Shown: positions 1-8,697 of the stretch, one piece after another
How the letters are laid out: the number at the start of each line of letters is the position of its first letter
How positions within the stretch are numbered: position 1 is the first letter of the stretch
From: a virus
Length of the DNA stretch: 45,616 nt
Direction: 5' to 3' (one strand)
IMG/VR virus record: IMGVR_UViG_3300005056_000006
Made by a program: the position numbers and the translations under genes
Notes under the pieces: model-generated
The model's database searches: none
Seen by the model: the letters and a program-made list of their open reading frames with translations, nothing else
What the model was told of the DNA's origin: nothing

Positions 1-99
1 ACCTACAATCTCTTTTAAGGGTGTTAACTCTAAAGTAGTAGAATTCTTTAATGGGTTACCATCTGCTCCGATACCAAACACTTGACCATGCTCGTTAAC
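1..99. repeat. Terminal direct repeat, copy 1 (identical to 45518..45616)
   Basis: Base-by-base comparison, 99/99. Confidence 0.97.
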
Positions 100-630
100 A
101 TCTACCTTTATTTTGTTAGATATTAAAGACATCATGTCCTCACGTGGTAATATAGCGTTGTCAGGAATTAAACTGGATAGACTGTTTTGTATCGTTTGCG
201 TTTTCTTAAAAGAACTGAAATCACTACCTAAAGTACTATTCTTTTCTTCTAAGCCTTTGATCGTACCTTTTAAAGTTAAGATGTCAGAATCTCTCTCTTC
301 TAGCTTTTTGTTAGGCTCAATCTTAGCGTCTAACAATGATTGCTTTATCATTCCGTTAGACCATTCTTTGATTGACTCAATAGAAGTAGTGTCCGACTTA
401 TGAGAACCATCCGTTTCGATTCCTAAACCTTTTATAACTTCCTTTCTTCCAATTTCTGCACCTATCTTAGTACTTTCTTTCTTTAGATTAGTTGTAAAGA
501 GTTCATCCTCTGCTTTAGTTCTCATTACAAAATCGGCTTTAACCTCAATTGATTCTGTTTTGTCCTCGATAGCCTTAGATAAAATATCGTTATCTACTTC
601 TACCATTTTACCGTTGATGTTTATTTTCAT
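1..630 (-). CDS. Putative capsid scaffolding protein, 5' part (210 codons). The ORF runs off the left edge and continues in frame at 45517->45320 across the circular junction (275 aa total).
   Basis: ATG at 630. I translated 630->1 without a stop (MKININGKMVEVDNDILSK...VNEHGQVFGIGAD). The last residues equal the start of tracked ORF 45320..45598. Charged, coiled-coil-like sequence, positioned after the portal. Confidence 0.6.
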   Translation of the reverse strand, partial: MKININGKMVEVDNDILSKAIEDKTESIEVKADFVMRTKAEDELFTTNLKKESTKIGAEIGRKEVIKGLGIETDGSHKSDTTSIESIKEWSNGMIKQSLLDAKIEPNKKLEERDSDILTLKGTIKGLEEKNSTLGSDFSSFKKTQTIQNSLSSLIPDNAILPREDMMSLISNKIKVDVNEHGQVFGIGADGNPLKNSTTLELTPLKEIVG

Positions 631-632
631 GG

Positions 633-1094
633 TTATATAGTTTTATGTAATTCTTTTAATTTGTTTAAGCCTGCTTTATGATGAAATTCAATTCCTGCTT
701 CGTTTAAAGCTTCTTTCAATTCGTCAATAGTTAATTCGTCTTTAGGCTCTTCAACCTTAACAACCTTTTCTGCTTTTTTAGGCTTTTCTTTATTCGCCAC
801 AAGACTAACCAAAGCACCAACAACATCTGCGTTAGTTACTTTCTCTTTTTGCTTGTCTTCTGCATTTTTGATTATATTAGCCTCTCTTAGCTTTTCGTTT
901 TCGATTGTCTTTTCTTCGTCTATAACGTAAATCTCGTTGTTTCTTCTTGAATTTCTATCTTCAACGTAAGACCTTAAAACCATTCTAGTACCTAAATCCT
1001 CTTTAGATCCTTGTTCGTTATAGATTCCATCCTTTTGAGATATTGCCTCTTTTAATCGGTAGCGAGTTGCTACAACCATTCTACTTTTATTCAT
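633..1094 (-). CDS. Head-module protein with a C-terminal HeH/SAP-like (Rho-N-like) motif
   Basis: 153-aa tracked ORF directly after the portal candidate. K/E-rich linker followed by LTIDELKEALNEAGIEFHHKAGLNKLKELHKTI. Confidence 0.4.
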   Translation of the reverse strand: MNKSRMVVATRYRLKEAISQKDGIYNEQGSKEDLGTRMVLRSYVEDRNSRRNNEIYVIDEEKTIENEKLREANIIKNAEDKQKEKVTNADVVGALVSLVANKEKPKKAEKVVKVEEPKDELTIDELKEALNEAGIEFHHKAGLNKLKELHKTI

Positions 1095-1097
1095 AAT

Positions 1098-2717
1098 TTA
1101 ATTGTTTAATGTTTCTAATTTAATTGGACTAAGCTTGTTACTACTAAAGTAAATATCAAAATCCTCGATTAACTCTTTTCTATCTTTGGTTACGTCTGCC
1201 TGCTCCCAGAAATTTACAAACGATTGCTTCCTATCTGCCTCTTCTCTTCCGAACATAGCGTTAACATCTTTAATATCTAAATGAACGTACGGCTCTACAT
1301 CTTTCTTAACAAGCATCATGTTTAATAAATGAGCATTGTTTTGATATTTAGAATAAATAAACTCTTCCAGTAATTTATCTAGTACAGAGCTATTGACTCC
1401 TTTGGAAACTGAATCAGTATATTTATCTAAAAGAACATCAGAACTCTCTATAATGAATCTTCTACCTGTAATCAAAGTAACCCCTTTCTCTTCTTTCGGT
1501 TCTCCGTTTTCCCAATCCTCAACAAACCCTATTAAGGCGTTAGATACCCATTCGTAATTGTCAGCAAATTGATCTATCTTATTGGTTACTGGCTGCGTAT
1601 CTATAAATCTACCCGTTGCAGTTTCGTTCGCTCCCTTGTCTACTCTTCTAGTTCCCCACATTGTAGACTCAATCAACTCCTCCATATCTCTCAAATCTGA
1701 GTTATATTGTCCCCACGTTTCTAAGTCTGGAGAAGAAAAGCCCTCTAAATTAGGTGTAACTACTGGTTGCCCCTCTCTAGGAAAGTTTAATGTAGTAGTA
1801 TCTGTAACATCGTTATTTCTAGCCTTTCCGCTACCTTTACAAGTAGTACATCCTTTTCCATCATTTGACTTTCCAGTACCTTGACATGGACGACAAAACG
1901 CCTCGTATCTCCAATGTTTAGGAAATCCATTTTGAAACTTATAAATAGTTCTTATTGATTTATCCCTTGCGTAATCTTCTGATAGTTTTTGAATTGGATT
2001 AATAGGGCTTATTCTAACCTCACTACCTATTTCTTGAATGTCCGAAAGTATAACAGCAGGAACATTCGTAAAAGGATGTGCAAACGTTTTGTGTTCTGCT
2101 AATATAAAACTAGAACCTATTTGTTGAAAGGTGTAATCGTTTCTGTCATCAACAACCCTCCATTCCATAATAGATGTATTGTTTACAATTATCGTTTTAG
2201 GCTCAAATATTACCCACTCTAACAATTGACCATTCGATTTATAATTTCGAATATCATTAATTGATTTGTAAGTTGGATAAATATCAATGTCGCTTTCATA
2301 TTCCATGAACAATAAACCATTTGGGTCTATGTCCTCTAATTGAAACAAGTTGTTAGCTAAGTATTGTTTTATTGTTTTTTGTCCTTTAAAGTTATTAAGA
2401 ACTTCGATAACCTTTTCTCTTACTTCTCCCTCTAAGTTGTTTATTGTTGACCCTCCACTAGATGAAAATACATTACTTCTAGGCTGCATAACTCTATCGA
2501 ATAAATCTCGAATATCTTTAGAGTAGTTCTTTCTTGCTACTTTTCTAGCGTTAGATTCTATCTTTTCTATTTTATTAATTAAGACATCAGAGAAGTTCTT
2601 CCCTGTAACTAAAGCGTTTAATGTTTTATGTGTCTCCCTTGACTTTAATACCCACTTAGTCGGTGTCAAGTTGTCTTTTAGAAGCTTTATTACTTCTTCT
2701 GGGTTTTCAAAAATCAT
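1098..2717 (-). CDS. Putative portal protein (contains a 2x CxxCxGxG zinc-finger insert)
   Basis: 539-aa ORF immediately downstream of terL. The call rests on size and position only, with no diagnostic motif. Confidence 0.55.
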   Translation of the reverse strand: MIFENPEEVIKLLKDNLTPTKWVLKSRETHKTLNALVTGKNFSDVLINKIEKIESNARKVARKNYSKDIRDLFDRVMQPRSNVFSSSGGSTINNLEGEVREKVIEVLNNFKGQKTIKQYLANNLFQLEDIDPNGLLFMEYESDIDIYPTYKSINDIRNYKSNGQLLEWVIFEPKTIIVNNTSIMEWRVVDDRNDYTFQQIGSSFILAEHKTFAHPFTNVPAVILSDIQEIGSEVRISPINPIQKLSEDYARDKSIRTIYKFQNGFPKHWRYEAFCRPCQGTGKSNDGKGCTTCKGSGKARNNDVTDTTTLNFPREGQPVVTPNLEGFSSPDLETWGQYNSDLRDMEELIESTMWGTRRVDKGANETATGRFIDTQPVTNKIDQFADNYEWVSNALIGFVEDWENGEPKEEKGVTLITGRRFIIESSDVLLDKYTDSVSKGVNSSVLDKLLEEFIYSKYQNNAHLLNMMLVKKDVEPYVHLDIKDVNAMFGREEADRKQSFVNFWEQADVTKDRKELIEDFDIYFSSNKLSPIKLETLNN

Positions 2718-2739
2718 TATAAAAAATTAGATTATTGCA

Positions 2740-2747
2740 CAAATATA
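2740..2747 (-). promoter_or_regulatory. -7 box TATATTTG before the portal candidate
   Basis: Motif match, about 23 nt before ATG 2717. Confidence 0.35.
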
Positions 2748-2774
2748 GTTAATTTCTATTTAACATAATAAAAT

Positions 2775-4112
2775 CTAATGATAATTAATTAGTTCCATTA
2801 CACCGTATCCAAAAGCATCACACAAATCACTCCAATCGTGCTTAGGCGTGTTACTCCTTTTATCATGCCAACTGTAATTATTTAATGCTTTCTTTAGATT
2901 GGTTGAATCTTTGGTAACTATTAGTTTATATCCTTGAATAGTTTTGATTCTGATTTTCACATCTTTATTCAAACACTTCATAATATTTAATCCCTTATCG
3001 TACAGGGTAAAGATTAAAGTCTTAGATGCGTTATCCCCTATAATCAAATCATTAGTTCCTACAATATTTAACAATGCTTCATACAATTGTTCAACACCAT
3101 CTCCAGACTTAAAATAACACTCGTCTAAGTGTATGTGCTTTTTATCGTGGTCAATAGCTACTTTAACCAATGCGTTAGGATCATTAAATCCGAAATCTAA
3201 ACCATAGCAATAAGGCAAAGAGTTGTTAAACTCTCCCTCTTCCCAATCTTCATAGATTATACCCTCTGCAACTTCCTTAAATCCTCCTAGAATATCATAT
3301 TTATACTCTCTCCATTTCTTCCTTAAGCTTATATCGGCTGTCTCACGCTCTAAACTAGATAATGCTTCATATTGATTATAAGCTTCTCTAAGTTGATTGT
3401 ATTCAATTACATTATGTTCTGCCATGTTTTCCACATTGTCTAGGTATGTAGAATGAATGTAAAGTATATTATCTCTTATTCCGCTAATTTCTGTATAGTC
3501 GCTTACTCCATCGTAAAAGGGTTCGTAAAACTCCCCAAACAACCAATGCTCTTTAGTTGGTGGATTAAAGACAATAATGCTTAAACATTGAACGTCTAAA
3601 GCTCTTAATGAACGCTTTGTTTTCTTCCATGAGTCTAAGCTTTCTAACTCCTCCCCTTCATCAGTTTCAAATATAGAAAAGTCCTCTAATGATTTTAATT
3701 TTGCCGTTTGAGTACCAACGCTTGTTTTTTGTCCTGTGATACTTATTTTTCCTATACCGTCAATATGGCTGTAAATCTTATTAGCAACATCAAAACTCTG
3801 GGCTTTACCTAACAACTCCATTCTGTTTTCTAAAGCTTCCGTTATTGAATTGTCAGTACTGGACATCGTTTGTCTAGTGTACAGTATTCTATGGTTGTAA
3901 TCAGAGGAGGCAATTACATTAAAGCATGATAGGGCAAACGACTTGCCAGAATCTCGACCTCCAGACATTAAAACAGTATCAACTTTGCTTAATGATAATT
4001 GATATTCCTGTTCTGCTTTTGGTAGTTTCTTAAAGTCTTTACCGTTGATAACATTCCAACATTCAAGTAGGGAAAATAAAGGCTCGTAAACTTCTGAGAA
4101 ATCAACTTTCAT
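2775..4112 (-). CDS. terL: Terminase large subunit
   Basis: 445 aa. Walker A-like SGGRDSGKSF near the N-terminus and an acidic IFETDEGEE Walker B-like segment. Follows the small terminase. Confidence 0.8.
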   Translation of the reverse strand: MKVDFSEVYEPLFSLLECWNVINGKDFKKLPKAEQEYQLSLSKVDTVLMSGGRDSGKSFALSCFNVIASSDYNHRILYTRQTMSSTDNSITEALENRMELLGKAQSFDVANKIYSHIDGIGKISITGQKTSVGTQTAKLKSLEDFSIFETDEGEELESLDSWKKTKRSLRALDVQCLSIIVFNPPTKEHWLFGEFYEPFYDGVSDYTEISGIRDNILYIHSTYLDNVENMAEHNVIEYNQLREAYNQYEALSSLERETADISLRKKWREYKYDILGGFKEVAEGIIYEDWEEGEFNNSLPYCYGLDFGFNDPNALVKVAIDHDKKHIHLDECYFKSGDGVEQLYEALLNIVGTNDLIIGDNASKTLIFTLYDKGLNIMKCLNKDVKIRIKTIQGYKLIVTKDSTNLKKALNNYSWHDKRSNTPKHDWSDLCDAFGYGVMELINYH

Positions 4113-4271
4113 CTACTTAGTTCTTAACGATAGTAATTATTCTATATTCCATATCTATTTCTTTATAGTATTTGGCAATTGATAAGATTTATCTTAACAG
4201 GATACTTATCTCTAGCCTAAGTGATTTACCTCGAGTAGTGAGATACTCTTGTGTCATTTAATCATAATTAT

Positions 4272-4427
4272 TTAATTTAAGTCTGGAATGAAGTAAAGTA
4301 TATACAAATTGATTGCAATCACAACAGCAGTAAAAATAAATGCAACATACGTCGGCACAAATATAATAACGGAATTATGAACCAGTATAGATAACGAAAT
4401 CAATGCTAATTTTTTGTATTTCTCCAT
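4272..4427 (-). CDS. Small hydrophobic ORF (51 aa), uncertain
   Basis: Hand-translated from ATG 4427 to TAA 4272: MEKYKKLALISLSILVHNSVIIFVPTYVAFIFTAVVIAINLYILYFIPDLN. A TATATTTG box (4365..4358) lies inside it, so the region may instead be terL leader. Confidence 0.3.
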   Translation of the reverse strand: MEKYKKLALISLSILVHNSVIIFVPTYVAFIFTAVVIAINLYILYFIPDLN

Positions 4428-4494
4428 TTCTTAAAGTTTTGATTATTAGTTAATTATAAAAATAATATGCCATTCTGCACACGGTGGAGACTAA

Positions 4495-4656
4495 TTATTT
4501 TGACATTACCTCATTAAACCTTTTCGCATCAGATTTATTCAAACCCCATTGTTTAGTAACGTTAACAATACGATGTAATCCTTCCATAAATTCGATCCAT
4601 TTTTCACGTTCTATTCTCTCAGCTATACGCCTACGCTTCTTTCTACTTCTTATCAT
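4495..4656 (-). CDS. Small basic ORF (53 aa), uncertain
   Basis: Hand-translated from ATG 4656 to TAA 4495: MIRSRKKRRRIAERIEREKWIEFMEGLHRIVNVTKQWGLNKSDAKRFNEVMSK. Lies between terS and terL. Confidence 0.3.
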   Translation of the reverse strand: MIRSRKKRRRIAERIEREKWIEFMEGLHRIVNVTKQWGLNKSDAKRFNEVMSK

Positions 4657-4667
4657 AATTTAATTAT

Positions 4668-5147
4668 TTATCTTTTCTTTTTTGAGAACACTATCTTAAC
4701 AGTTTCTTTTGGTGCTACACTTTCTCCATTAGATGTTAAATCACTCTTATCTGCAAGCCCTAAATCCCTTGCTATAATGTTAGCGTTTAATAGGTCTGCT
4801 GCTGCTCCAGAGAACTTTTGCTCGTATATAGTTTTATCGATTCTCTTAATGACCGCCATAAAATCATCTGAGTCTTTATTGTTTTCGTTAAAGTTTCTAA
4901 AGTAATTTTCAGAACAATCTAAGAATAAACATAACCCGTTAAGAGTGTATGCTCTTAGCTTATCTATTTCAGTTTTCGTTATCTGTCCTTGTGCATGAAA
5001 TACCTTTTGTTCTTTTAATGGATTATCGTCACACCATTGGAAATACTCTTGTGCTGACTCCAATAATAACTCTGGAGTACCGAATAACTTATCTCTACCG
5101 TGTTTAGCTCTTACTTTCCAAAACTGATTACCTTTAGGTGCAGCCAT
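4668..5147 (-). CDS. terS: Terminase small subunit
   Basis: 159 aa. The N-terminus MAAPKGNQFWKVRAKHGRDKLFGTPELLLESAQEYFQWCDDNPL is typical of gp3-like small terminases. Lies upstream of terL. Confidence 0.6.
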   Translation of the reverse strand: MAAPKGNQFWKVRAKHGRDKLFGTPELLLESAQEYFQWCDDNPLKEQKVFHAQGQITKTEIDKLRAYTLNGLCLFLDCSENYFRNFNENNKDSDDFMAVIKRIDKTIYEQKFSGAAADLLNANIIARDLGLADKSDLTSNGESVAPKETVKIVFSKKKR

Positions 5148-5149
5148 AA

Positions 5150-5434
5150 TTATTTATTTTGATGTTTAATACTTTCTTTTATTTCTTTTAGCGATACAAA
5201 CCAGTAACCGTTTTTGTTTGCTAATTGCTCTAACTCATCTATCCAACAGAAATACTTGTAGTTTTCTTTTATCCATCCCTTAGAATTATCACAACTAACT
5301 ATTAGATTATCAGAATCATAGCCTACAATCTTGCCACTAGTAATAACTCCTTTTAGCGTGAATGGAGGAGGAGAGAAGCCCTTTATGGTTAATCCCTTGT
5401 ATTTTTCGTATCTCTTTTTTTGGGAAAGTCTCAT
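5150..5434 (-). CDS. Hypothetical protein
   Basis: 94-aa tracked ORF with a 4-nt overlap with the upstream ORF, on the same strand as the operon. Confidence 0.5.
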   Translation of the reverse strand: MRLSQKKRYEKYKGLTIKGFSPPPFTLKGVITSGKIVGYDSDNLIVSCDNSKGWIKENYKYFCWIDELEQLANKNGYWFVSLKEIKESIKHQNK

Positions 5435-5859
5435 TGTTTAATAAAGTCTTTTATCTGTACAGTATCGTTACTGTTTATTGAGTTGTTGTAAAAGTACTGA
5501 TACATTGTTATAGTAGTGTCGTTTATCATAACTCCCTTGTATTTATGCCCTATAGATGTCATAGGTATATCAAAGTAGTTGCTATCTGTAATCATTAAAG
5601 CATCTGTAAACAATTGATTGCCTGTGTTGTAGTCTTTTAGTAAGGCTTTCTTGTTAAGAAATGTAAACTCTCTTACGTGTGCTACTGTCGTGTTAACTAT
5701 CCAGTTGTTACATAACCATACACCGTTGAAATTAACCGTATCTATTGATGTAGTTGTTATTGGTGAAGATGTTTGCTTCTGTAGTGGAATTATTGCTTCT
5801 TCTTTCTTACAAGAGAATAAAAATATTATTGCGATTATTGGTATAATTAGTTTCTTCAT
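5431..5859 (-). CDS. Putative lipoprotein
   Basis: N-terminus MKKLIIPIIAIIFLFSCKKEE: signal peptide plus lipobox LFSC. Confidence 0.6.
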   Translation of the reverse strand: MKKLIIPIIAIIFLFSCKKEEAIIPLQKQTSSPITTTSIDTVNFNGVWLCNNWIVNTTVAHVREFTFLNKKALLKDYNTGNQLFTDALMITDSNYFDIPMTSIGHKYKGVMINDTTITMYQYFYNNSINSNDTVQIKDFIKQ

Positions 5860-6176
5860 TTTATCTTATTTATTAGTTCAATTATTGTATAAACACCTCC
5901 TATCGAAATAATGTAGTAAATGTCTATGTTAAATATTATTGGATAAGTTATTAATACGATCCAAAAAGACTGACAATATACGCATAGACCTAAAGGTTTT
6001 AGTATTTTTCTTTTCCATCTGTCACTATGCCGCCAGTTTCTTATCCAAAGATACGTTAAAAATAGGTAGTAACGTCTTAATATCATTTCTTTCTCGTAGC
6101 ACTTTTGCAGAAACATCGAAAAACCTCCTATCGTTAGGTAGTATAATAGTAACTGAGCAACCTCGTTTTTTACCAC
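5856..6176 (-). CDS. Integral membrane protein (start codon uncertain, GTG in the track)
   Basis: Several hydrophobic helices plus an LCVYCQSFW motif. A TACATTTG box at 6208..6201 lies just upstream. Confidence 0.5.
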   Translation of the reverse strand: MVKNEVAQLLLYYLTIGGFSMFLQKCYEKEMILRRYYLFLTYLWIRNWRHSDRWKRKILKPLGLCVYCQSFWIVLITYPIIFNIDIYYIISIGGVYTIIELINKIK

Positions 6177-6200
6177 AACTATTTTTTAAATTCATAATTT

Positions 6201-6208
6201 CAAATGTA
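6201..6208 (-). promoter_or_regulatory. -7 box TACATTTG
   Basis: Motif match in the 94-bp gap before 5856..6176. Confidence 0.35.
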
Positions 6209-6270
6209 CGATTTTTTATTTTAATCTATCATTGGGTTTGCTTACAGGTCTACAGTAGGAAAACACCGAG

Positions 6271-6489
6271 TTATAATCTTTTATTAATTCTATTTATAAT
6301 ATCTCCAATCTTGTCTAAACTAGGACTATCATTTTCTAACTCATCTAGGATTAATTGGTGGTCTTCATTTGCATCAATCATTACCTGTGGTGCTTTTGCT
6401 CCTAGAATTTGCATCAATTCGATTGCTCTATTTGTTGTTTCTATTTGATCGATTGCGTGTTCCTTTATTTTTTGTAGGTTCTTTTCCAT
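6271..6489 (-). CDS. Hypothetical protein
   Basis: 72-aa tracked ORF, tightly packed, operon strand. Confidence 0.5.
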   Translation of the reverse strand: MEKNLQKIKEHAIDQIETTNRAIELMQILGAKAPQVMIDANEDHQLILDELENDSPSLDKIGDIINRINKRL

Positions 6490-6492
6490 CTC

Positions 6493-6732
6493 TTATTTTT
6501 TATATGTTTCTTCGTAATATTTCTTGCTGCCTATTATTTCGTAACAAGCTCCATTTTCTTCTCCCCTATCATAAGCCTCAATAACCATTTGCTTTTCTTT
6601 CTTTAATAGCTCGCTAAACTCTTTACGCATTACTTCATAGTCAACTATTATCATTTGTGTACCGCATTGAGTCTCTATGTTTTCAGCATTTTCTATACAG
6701 TATTGTATTACGTCTTCGATTGGTGTGTTCAT
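6493..6732 (-). CDS. Hypothetical protein
   Basis: 79-aa tracked ORF, tightly packed, operon strand. Confidence 0.5.
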   Translation of the reverse strand: MNTPIEDVIQYCIENAENIETQCGTQMIIVDYEVMRKEFSELLKKEKQMVIEAYDRGEENGACYEIIGSKKYYEETYKK

Positions 6733-6734
6733 CT

Positions 6735-7100
6735 CTATTTGTTTTTTAATGTTAGTTCTTCGTTTGTTAATTCCTTAAACAAATTCTGTATACGATGAAT
6801 CGGTAGTGGAGAAATTGTCGCAACCCATATACCAACACTCTCATCTAATGGATGTATAGATTTTTCAATCATATCTATTATAAACTCTTGGATGCATTCA
6901 TATCCGAATTTATCCCACCACTCTTCTGTTAGTGGTATTGGTCTTACTTTATCCGCTTCCCTCAGAATCTCATGTTCATCTAAACAGGTAAATGTTTCTT
7001 CATCTATCGATATAACCACACATAAGTCTGTTTCGTCAACGTGCTTATATGGGGATTCTAAATAATTCCCTACTCTCAAATCTCTTACTTGTATCTCCAT
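6735..7100 (-). CDS. Hypothetical protein (start moved to the internal ATG, MEIQVRDL...)
   Basis: The tracked ORF 6735..7160 would overlap the upstream ORF by 56 nt. ATG 7100 lies 4 nt after the stop of 7105..7314. Confidence 0.5.
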   Translation of the reverse strand: MEIQVRDLRVGNYLESPYKHVDETDLCVVISIDEETFTCLDEHEILREADKVRPIPLTEEWWDKFGYECIQEFIIDMIEKSIHPLDESVGIWVATISPLPIHRIQNLFKELTNEELTLKNK

Positions 7101-7104
7101 AGTA

Positions 7105-7314
7105 TTAATTTTTAGGTGGTTTAGGTAATGGCATCCAATGGCTTGTGTTTGGAAGCTCATTGTTCTCTACCATATCTCTACAGTAGTATGTATTATCTGT
7201 ATGAAAATAATACCCTATATGAACCCAAGTATCACCGTATAAAGGGATATTACCCATTAATAATACTGAATCTTGTTCTTCTGGCAATCTATCTTTTACG
7301 CTTATCCACTCCAT
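7105..7314 (-). CDS. DUF551-like small protein
   Basis: MEWISVKDRLPEE... N-terminus and WMPLPKPP C-terminus are typical of the phage DUF551 family. Confidence 0.55.
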   Translation of the reverse strand: MEWISVKDRLPEEQDSVLLMGNIPLYGDTWVHIGYYFHTDNTYYCRDMVENNELPNTSHWMPLPKPPKN

Positions 7315-7318
7315 AGTA

Positions 7319-7609
7319 TTATTTGTTTTGTATTATTTCTTTTACTTTCTCATAGAATTGTTTATTGCATACAACCCATTGCTCAACACCATCTCCTGTT
7401 TCATCAAAATCGATATAAGTAGGATTAGAGTCTATTATTCCCTGTACATAGAGCAAAGAACAAACCTCAGACTGACTTTTATTATCTTCATCTGTTAACG
7501 GTTCAAATCCAGCACTATAATCATAGTCGCAAGCTGGCTTATATCTGTTATCAAAACAGTTTAAAAACATCTCTATTATTCTATCTGCTTCTTTTTCATA
7601 ATCTGTCAT
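7319..7609 (-). CDS. Acidic hypothetical protein
   Basis: 96-aa tracked ORF, D/E-rich. Confidence 0.5.
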   Translation of the reverse strand: MTDYEKEADRIIEMFLNCFDNRYKPACDYDYSAGFEPLTDEDNKSQSEVCSLLYVQGIIDSNPTYIDFDETGDGVEQWVVCNKQFYEKVKEIIQNK

Positions 7610-7613
7610 AGCT

Positions 7614-7994
7614 TTATTTCTTTATTAGTGTTAATGCCTCAAACCAAAACATTACAGGCTTATGCTTTATTACTATTCTATTGTAATCAAATGCCATTCT
7701 AAATGCAGCACTATCTCTCTGTAATCTATCGGTCTGCAATTCAATTTCTTTTCTGAAATTTTCTAATTTGAAAGTGCCTTTCCATCGATTACATCTCGCA
7801 CAAGATGGATTATAATTGCTTTCCTCATCTTTACCCCTAACAATTTTCATACGTTCTAAATCCTCATCTGAATTGCTTCTGTATATTGGTATAATGTGGT
7901 CAACTTGCATTTTATTGTATTCAAGACCATTGCCGCAATATGCACATTTACAATCGTACTTTTTCCAAACTCTCTCCCTAACTTCTTCCTTCAT
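7614..7994 (-). CDS. HNH endonuclease
   Basis: CAYCG...QVDHIIP...NYNPSCARCNRWKG: HNH/zinc-ligand pattern. Confidence 0.7.
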   Translation of the reverse strand: MKEEVRERVWKKYDCKCAYCGNGLEYNKMQVDHIIPIYRSNSDEDLERMKIVRGKDEESNYNPSCARCNRWKGTFKLENFRKEIELQTDRLQRDSAAFRMAFDYNRIVIKHKPVMFWFEALTLIKK

Positions 7995-7995
7995 C

Positions 7996-8301
7996 TTATT
8001 TTAGTTTATCGTTTATTAGTTTGTTTGCTTTCTTAAAAGCTTCTTTGTACGCTTGAATAGGATTTTTAAACCCTGTATGAATATCTCCCTTACTAATTTG
8101 ATAACACCAAAGTCTTGTATAATTATCAATGGAGCTAATATTTATTCCCAAACTATTATAATAAGAAATTAATACACCTAATTGCATTTCAAAATGTAGT
8201 GTATCAAAATAATTAATATTCATATACTCGTGTAGTTTATTAAATTCTATAAACCACTCTTCAAATTGCTTTCTATTTTCTCCTGTTGTTAATTCTTTCA
8301 T
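7996..8301 (-). CDS. Hypothetical protein
   Basis: 101-aa tracked ORF, operon strand. Confidence 0.5.
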   Translation of the reverse strand: MKELTTGENRKQFEEWFIEFNKLHEYMNINYFDTLHFEMQLGVLISYYNSLGINISSIDNYTRLWCYQISKGDIHTGFKNPIQAYKEAFKKANKLINDKLK

Positions 8302-8327
8302 TTGTCTAGTTGTTTTTGGTTAGTAAT

Positions 8328-8675
8328 TTATTCTAATAAACCGTCTGGATTCTTTCCACTCCACACATTATGTAAGAAATCTAAATTGCTTGATTTACTT
8401 TCTTCTTGAATAACAATTCCCTCAGCAAGTAGAAATTCAATAAATTGTTTCATATCTTTTTGAGAGTAATTATTCTTTTCCTCCAACTCCTTCACTCTTT
8501 CTTTTAGATTGGAAAGCTCTAAATTAATATCTGCATTAGCGTTTAAAACAAATAGATTATCCTTATGAAGTCTTTTATTCTCTTCCCTTAACCTCTTATA
8601 GGCTTCTCTTAAAGTGTCAGTTTCTTTTATTGATAAAAACATTCCTTTGCTTAAACTTATCTCGTCTATTTCCAT
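8328..8675 (-). CDS. Coiled-coil protein (paralogue-like of 8698..9057)
   Basis: Heptad-rich K/E/L sequence. Shares a 16-bp start region with the next ORF. Confidence 0.5.
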   Translation of the reverse strand: MEIDEISLSKGMFLSIKETDTLREAYKRLREENKRLHKDNLFVLNANADINLELSNLKERVKELEEKNNYSQKDMKQFIEFLLAEGIVIQEESKSSNLDFLHNVWSGKNPDGLLE

Positions 8676-8697
8676 CTCTCTATTTAATTGTTATCTT

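Noticed and set aside
1-99. Reading the 99-bp end repeat as a physical direct terminal repeat or as a mobile-element boundary
   Set aside because: The repeat falls in the middle of an ORF that is restored by circularisation. An exact fixed-length overlap is most simply an assembly signature, and physical ends cannot be inferred from sequence alone.
113-403. Plus-strand tracked ORF (96 aa) antisense to the wrap-around scaffold-like gene
   Set aside because: It lies entirely inside a continuous minus-strand ORF that I translated end to end. It has an S/L/F-rich, low-complexity composition typical of the antisense of K/E-rich genes in AT-rich DNA. I found no start context or promoter box.
1582-1884. 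Plus-strand ORF inside the portal candidate
   Set aside because: It is a shadow ORF on the strand opposite a 539-aa gene, with a low-complexity translation.
4113-4271. Short palindromes (TAAGAT-TT-ATCTTA, TATCTC...GAGATA) upstream of terL as a pac/cos site
   Set aside because: The stems are only 6 bp in AT-rich DNA, which is compatible with chance. No repeated terminase-binding motifs were seen, and packaging sites cannot be called without terminus data.
5651-6584. Plus-strand ORFs 5651..5911, 5939..6448 and 6369..6584
   Set aside because: All are antisense to tightly packed minus-strand genes. They have hydrophobic, low-complexity products and no TAnnTTTG box in the plus orientation.
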